In this document: piece by piece, positions 36,448 through 39,491 of the stretch
Layout: each line of letters opens with the position of its first letter
Position numbering within the stretch: position 1 is the stretch's first letter
Source: a virus
Taxonomy: Duplodnaviria > Caudoviricetes
Strand: one strand, 5' to 3'
DNA length: 39,491 nt
Virus record (IMG/VR): IMGVR_UViG_3300032225_001435
Span: 1 to 39,491 of that record
Notes under the pieces: model-generated
The model's input: only the letters and a program-made list of their open reading frames with translations
What the model was told of the DNA's origin: nothing
The model's database searches: none
Position numbers and translations under genes: made by a program

Positions 36448-36474
36448 TCAAGTTTTGAGAGTTTGAGCCGATAG
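36448..36474 (+). promoter_or_regulatory. sigma28/FliA-type promoter TCAAGTTT-N11-GCCGATAG
   Basis: Exact spacing and the same -10 as at 29358; 30 nt upstream of ATG 36505 (AGGAG RBS). Confidence 0.75.
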
Positions 36475-36504
36475 GACTACTGGATTGATAGGAGAATTGG
36501 AATT

Positions 36505-36738
36505 ATGGACAGAATATTGATGATTATGGGTGGACTTTTGGTTATCCTGTTGTTTTTATTGGCAGAAGCGGTAATACTCTCATTTGCTTGGTCACAGTTG
36601 GCTGTATCAACAAGCCTTGGGCTGCCTGAGTTTGGGATTATTCATGCCTTCTGGGGACTAATTGTTGTAAAAATTATAGGGAATGCACTTTTCAAGCCAG
36701 GTAGGGCAAAGGTGTTAAAGCTTTCTGACTTTAAATAA
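36505..36738 (+). CDS. Small two-TM membrane protein (77 aa), the only credible plus-strand gene
   Basis: AGGAG RBS and its own promoter; occupies the sheath-tube gap; two hydrophobic segments flanking GLPEFG...AFWG. Confidence 0.8.
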   Translation: MDRILMIMGGLLVILLFLLAEAVILSFAWSQLAVSTSLGLPEFGIIHAFWGLIVVKIIGNALFKPGRAKVLKLSDFK

Positions 36739-36767
36739 AAAGAGACCCGGTCGTTTGACCAGGTCCC
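36737..36767 (-). terminator. Rho-independent terminator after the sheath gene
   Basis: GGGACCTGGTC-AAAC-GACCGGGTCTC-TTTTT. Confidence 0.75.
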
Positions 36768-36784
36768 ATAAAGTTTACTACGTT

Positions 36785-39491
36785 TTAAGTAGTAGCTCTT
36801 TGAGCTTCGACTGAAAGTTCAATACTTTCAAGGGCTTCCGCTACAATGATCTTAACCTTAGCGGTATAGACATTTCCAAGGGACTTCATGGAGAGAACTT
36901 CCCCACCAAGTAGAGCTCCACTGGATACGAAACCAGAGATAGTATTGACAATGTCAGTTTTGATTACTGCAAGTGGGGTGTCGCTAGTGCGATCTCCAAT
37001 GTAGTTTTCAAGCTGATTTCTGATTGTCTGGCGAACTTCATCACAAGTGAAAAGTACGTTGACTCGTTCCCAAACCCAGCCTTCTGGATCGCTTGTTCGG
37101 CTTCTGGAAGAAAGATCTGGAGATTCCATTCTGATCCCAAAGCCAGATACAGGACGTAGACAAACAAGTCCAGCAGCAATGGCTGATTCTAACTGGCCAC
37201 GATCATCTGGATCGAAGTCAGTAGCAAGAGTATCAGTGAATAGACTTAACTGACCAACGTGAGTTACGTCATTAAGCAATAGAGGCTTGCGAAGCATTGA
37301 AGTTCCAAGAACGGACTGAACTCGTCCAGCAGATATCGCACAACCAATCATCCAAGGAAGGAAGGTCTTGAGTGAGCCGTCACCAGCAGTTGCAACACAT
37401 CTTTGGAAGGACATTTGAACTCTTTCGAAAGAAGCTGTGGCAGCGGCAGTCTTTGAATCTTCAAAAGATGCATCAATGGAAGCCATACCAAAACGCTCTT
37501 TTTTCCAAAGGGTGCTGGAGGCGGTTGCAACGTGAGACTTAAGGGCTGCATTGATAGATGCAATTGTGTAACTAGAAGATGCGTCAGTTAGGCCGTCGTC
37601 AATGTCATGCTGTGCGTCACGGCTGAATAGGGTATTAACCAATCGAGCCTCAACTTTAAGAGCAGCGTCAAGTCCAGCCTGAACGCTTGCGTTGCTTGTC
37701 GATCCAAGGGCAGCGCCAGATAGGAATGTAGCAGCGGCTTCAGAGTCAGGTAGACCAGCCTTAAGAACAAGAGATGCGCTTTCTTTGAATGCAACTAAGC
37801 TGGTGTTATCAGCGAAGAATTGCTTCCAATCAGAGTAATCCTTCTTGATCTTTCCAGTAAGTGCAGGCAGAGCGTGTCCAGACAAACATCCAACAGCAGT
37901 AACCATGTCAAGTACATTTGGGTTAAGTTGAGCAAGAGAAGGTATAGAAACCTTAGCAGTTACGCCAGCTTGTGTATTTAGGAAGTCAACAAGTGACTGT
38001 ACAGTCTTGTACTTCTTTGTATTTACAACAATGTCAGTTAGGCCAGTTCCAGTTACGTCAAGGGTAAGAACTCTTTGGCTATCGATTGTTACGCTTGCAG
38101 CAGTTGCAGCAGCATTCCAGTAAGATAGTTCAAGTACAGAGTTTCCGCCGATTCCTGAGTTAGAAATAGTTTCGCCGGTGTCAATCTTGGTAGCTTCGAT
38201 CTTGACTTTTGCTTCAGAAGAAGAGTCAAGTCTCTTAGCAGCAACAGAAGAACTTACGAATCCAGGAGCGACAGTTAACATGCTTGTTGAGCCATTTAGG
38301 CTTACTTGAGCAACAGCTTCAGTGGTCATTCCAGAGAACAGGTGGCTTGCAGTGATGGACTGAGCAGAGGCAGACTCTACAACCATCAAGCCGACGTTCT
38401 TCTTGGTAGCTCCAGAGATCAAAGAATTTCTAGTAATCTTAAGTACATCCCCAGCTTTTGGAGTCGAACTGAAAGATCCAGAAGCCAATTGAATGGTTAC
38501 TTTTCCAGCAGAAGGAACGGTCACGGTTACTTTGGCAACAGAAGCGGTGGCTCCTGAAACAATTTCAACATGATCAGATAGTTTGTGTAATAGACCGATT
38601 GCAGACTTGCTTCCAGTGGCTTCAAGAACTTCAAGAGTAGCGGCAGATCCAGTTACAGTTGAGTCAATTAATGCTAGAGAAACTGGTGCGTTAGCTTTGA
38701 TATCGCCAGATGCCCACGAAGTTACAGCAGTGTCAAAGGCTTCAGCGTTAGCTTCGCCAGTGGTTTCCATGTGCTTGATCTGAGTAAGAACAACTTCAGA
38801 AGCAGACCAAGATTTTACTAAATAAACTCCGGAGTTTGCGTCGCCAGTACCAGATAGTGTTCCAGCGGGTTTGATATAAACTACGTCACCTGCCTGAACA
38901 GCAGTTCCAAAAAGAGCGGCAGAAGTAAGAGTAAGGTCATCGCCAGATGCAGATGCAGTAAGAGTTGCTACAGTGGCAGGCACGGCTCGCACTACTCCAC
39001 CCGAAGTAGATACCTTGGTTGCAACAGCAAAGTCAGTAACGAATTCATCAGCAGTTCCACCAGCAGACATTGCAGCAGCAGTAGACTTAACGCCGTTGTA
39101 AACTCTCTGAAGACTTGCGGCTTGAGAAGATGGGAGATAAAGAAGGTCTGACTTGGAAGGCTTAACTTCGGAAGTATGTGTTTTAATTTGTGTTTTTATT
39201 GAATTGCCACCTTCACCGTACTTGGATGCAACGAGTGAACCAAAAGATGCAGGAGAGGTAATTTCGCGAGAAGCTCGTGTAGAGTTATTGGTTTTGTAGA
39301 TATAAATTGCCTGAGCAGCTCCACCGAAAACTGGGCTGGGCTGAGTGGAAAGAAGCATACGGGCTGCGTCTACAATGTCACCGGACTTATAGAAATTCTT
39401 GATATCTTCGAAATCTGTGTAACGGTTTTTGGACAAAACTAGTTCAGATCCAGGAACGCCTTCTTCTGCTTCACCGATAATAACTACTGAA
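36785..39491 (-). CDS. Contractile tail sheath protein, 5' end outside window (>900 aa)
   Basis: The frame stays open past 39436 to the window edge (SVVIIGEAEEGVPG...DIKNFYKSGDIVDAA), resembling SPO1/Twort sheath N-termini. C-terminal sheath motifs FLSGAALGS, HV...S....ER, D.......R..LE..IG. Confidence 0.9.
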   Translation of the reverse strand, partial: SVVIIGEAEEGVPGSELVLSKNRYTDFEDIKNFYKSGDIVDAARMLLSTQPSPVFGGAAQAIYIYKTNNSTRASREITSPASFGSLVASKYGEGGNSIKTQIKTHTSEVKPSKSDLLYLPSSQAASLQRVYNGVKSTAAAMSAGGTADEFVTDFAVATKVSTSGGVVRAVPATVATLTASASGDDLTLTSAALFGTAVQAGDVVYIKPAGTLSGTGDANSGVYLVKSWSASEVVLTQIKHMETTGEANAEAFDTAVTSWASGDIKANAPVSLALIDSTVTGSAATLEVLEATGSKSAIGLLHKLSDHVEIVSGATASVAKVTVTVPSAGKVTIQLASGSFSSTPKAGDVLKITRNSLISGATKKNVGLMVVESASAQSITASHLFSGMTTEAVAQVSLNGSTSMLTVAPGFVSSSVAAKRLDSSSEAKVKIEATKIDTGETISNSGIGGNSVLELSYWNAAATAASVTIDSQRVLTLDVTGTGLTDIVVNTKKYKTVQSLVDFLNTQAGVTAKVSIPSLAQLNPNVLDMVTAVGCLSGHALPALTGKIKKDYSDWKQFFADNTSLVAFKESASLVLKAGLPDSEAAATFLSGAALGSTSNASVQAGLDAALKVEARLVNTLFSRDAQHDIDDGLTDASSSYTIASINAALKSHVATASSTLWKKERFGMASIDASFEDSKTAAATASFERVQMSFQRCVATAGDGSLKTFLPWMIGCAISAGRVQSVLGTSMLRKPLLLNDVTHVGQLSLFTDTLATDFDPDDRGQLESAIAAGLVCLRPVSGFGIRMESPDLSSRSRTSDPEGWVWERVNVLFTCDEVRQTIRNQLENYIGDRTSDTPLAVIKTDIVNTISGFVSSGALLGGEVLSMKSLGNVYTAKVKIIVAEALESIELSVEAQRATT

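Noticed and set aside
16942-39491. Bacterial eCIS, tailocin or T6SS locus rather than a phage
   Set aside because: The tRNAs, free-standing homing endonuclease, small coupled hypothetical genes and SPO1/Twort-type sheath and tube motifs point to a phage, and no Afp15/ClpV-type ATPase is visible. Capsid genes are not in this window, so the call rests on context.

Overview
A 39.5-kb segment of a large contractile-tailed (myovirus) phage genome, almost entirely on the minus strand. Read in the direction of transcription (right to left), the tail module runs: tail sheath (extends past the right edge), three paralogous tail-tube-like genes, an inserted accessory island of about 7.4 kb, tape measure, baseplate hub, central spike, a three-repeat spike-tip candidate, tube initiator, LysM/gp25-like wedge, a very large 2308-aa baseplate-J, a gpI-like wedge, and tail-fibre/receptor-binding genes. 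The last of these is >1090 aa, is absent from the ORF track and runs off the left edge. Gene order and motifs resemble SPO1/Twort-type tails. The island (27050-34502) contains a Hef-like homing endonuclease, two non-canonical tRNAs followed by a structured CCA-ending RNA candidate, a G-rich repeat, a ~520-bp non-coding triple repeat with fixed block spacing, two tail-chaperone-like genes in reversed order, and a family-1 uracil-DNA glycosylase homologue that lacks its catalytic motifs. Three promoter classes are visible: sigma70-type, a shared TGATAAAAT motif before virion genes, and near-consensus sigma28/FliA promoters found only before accessory genes. All product calls come from motif recognition by eye and gene order; no database searches were run.
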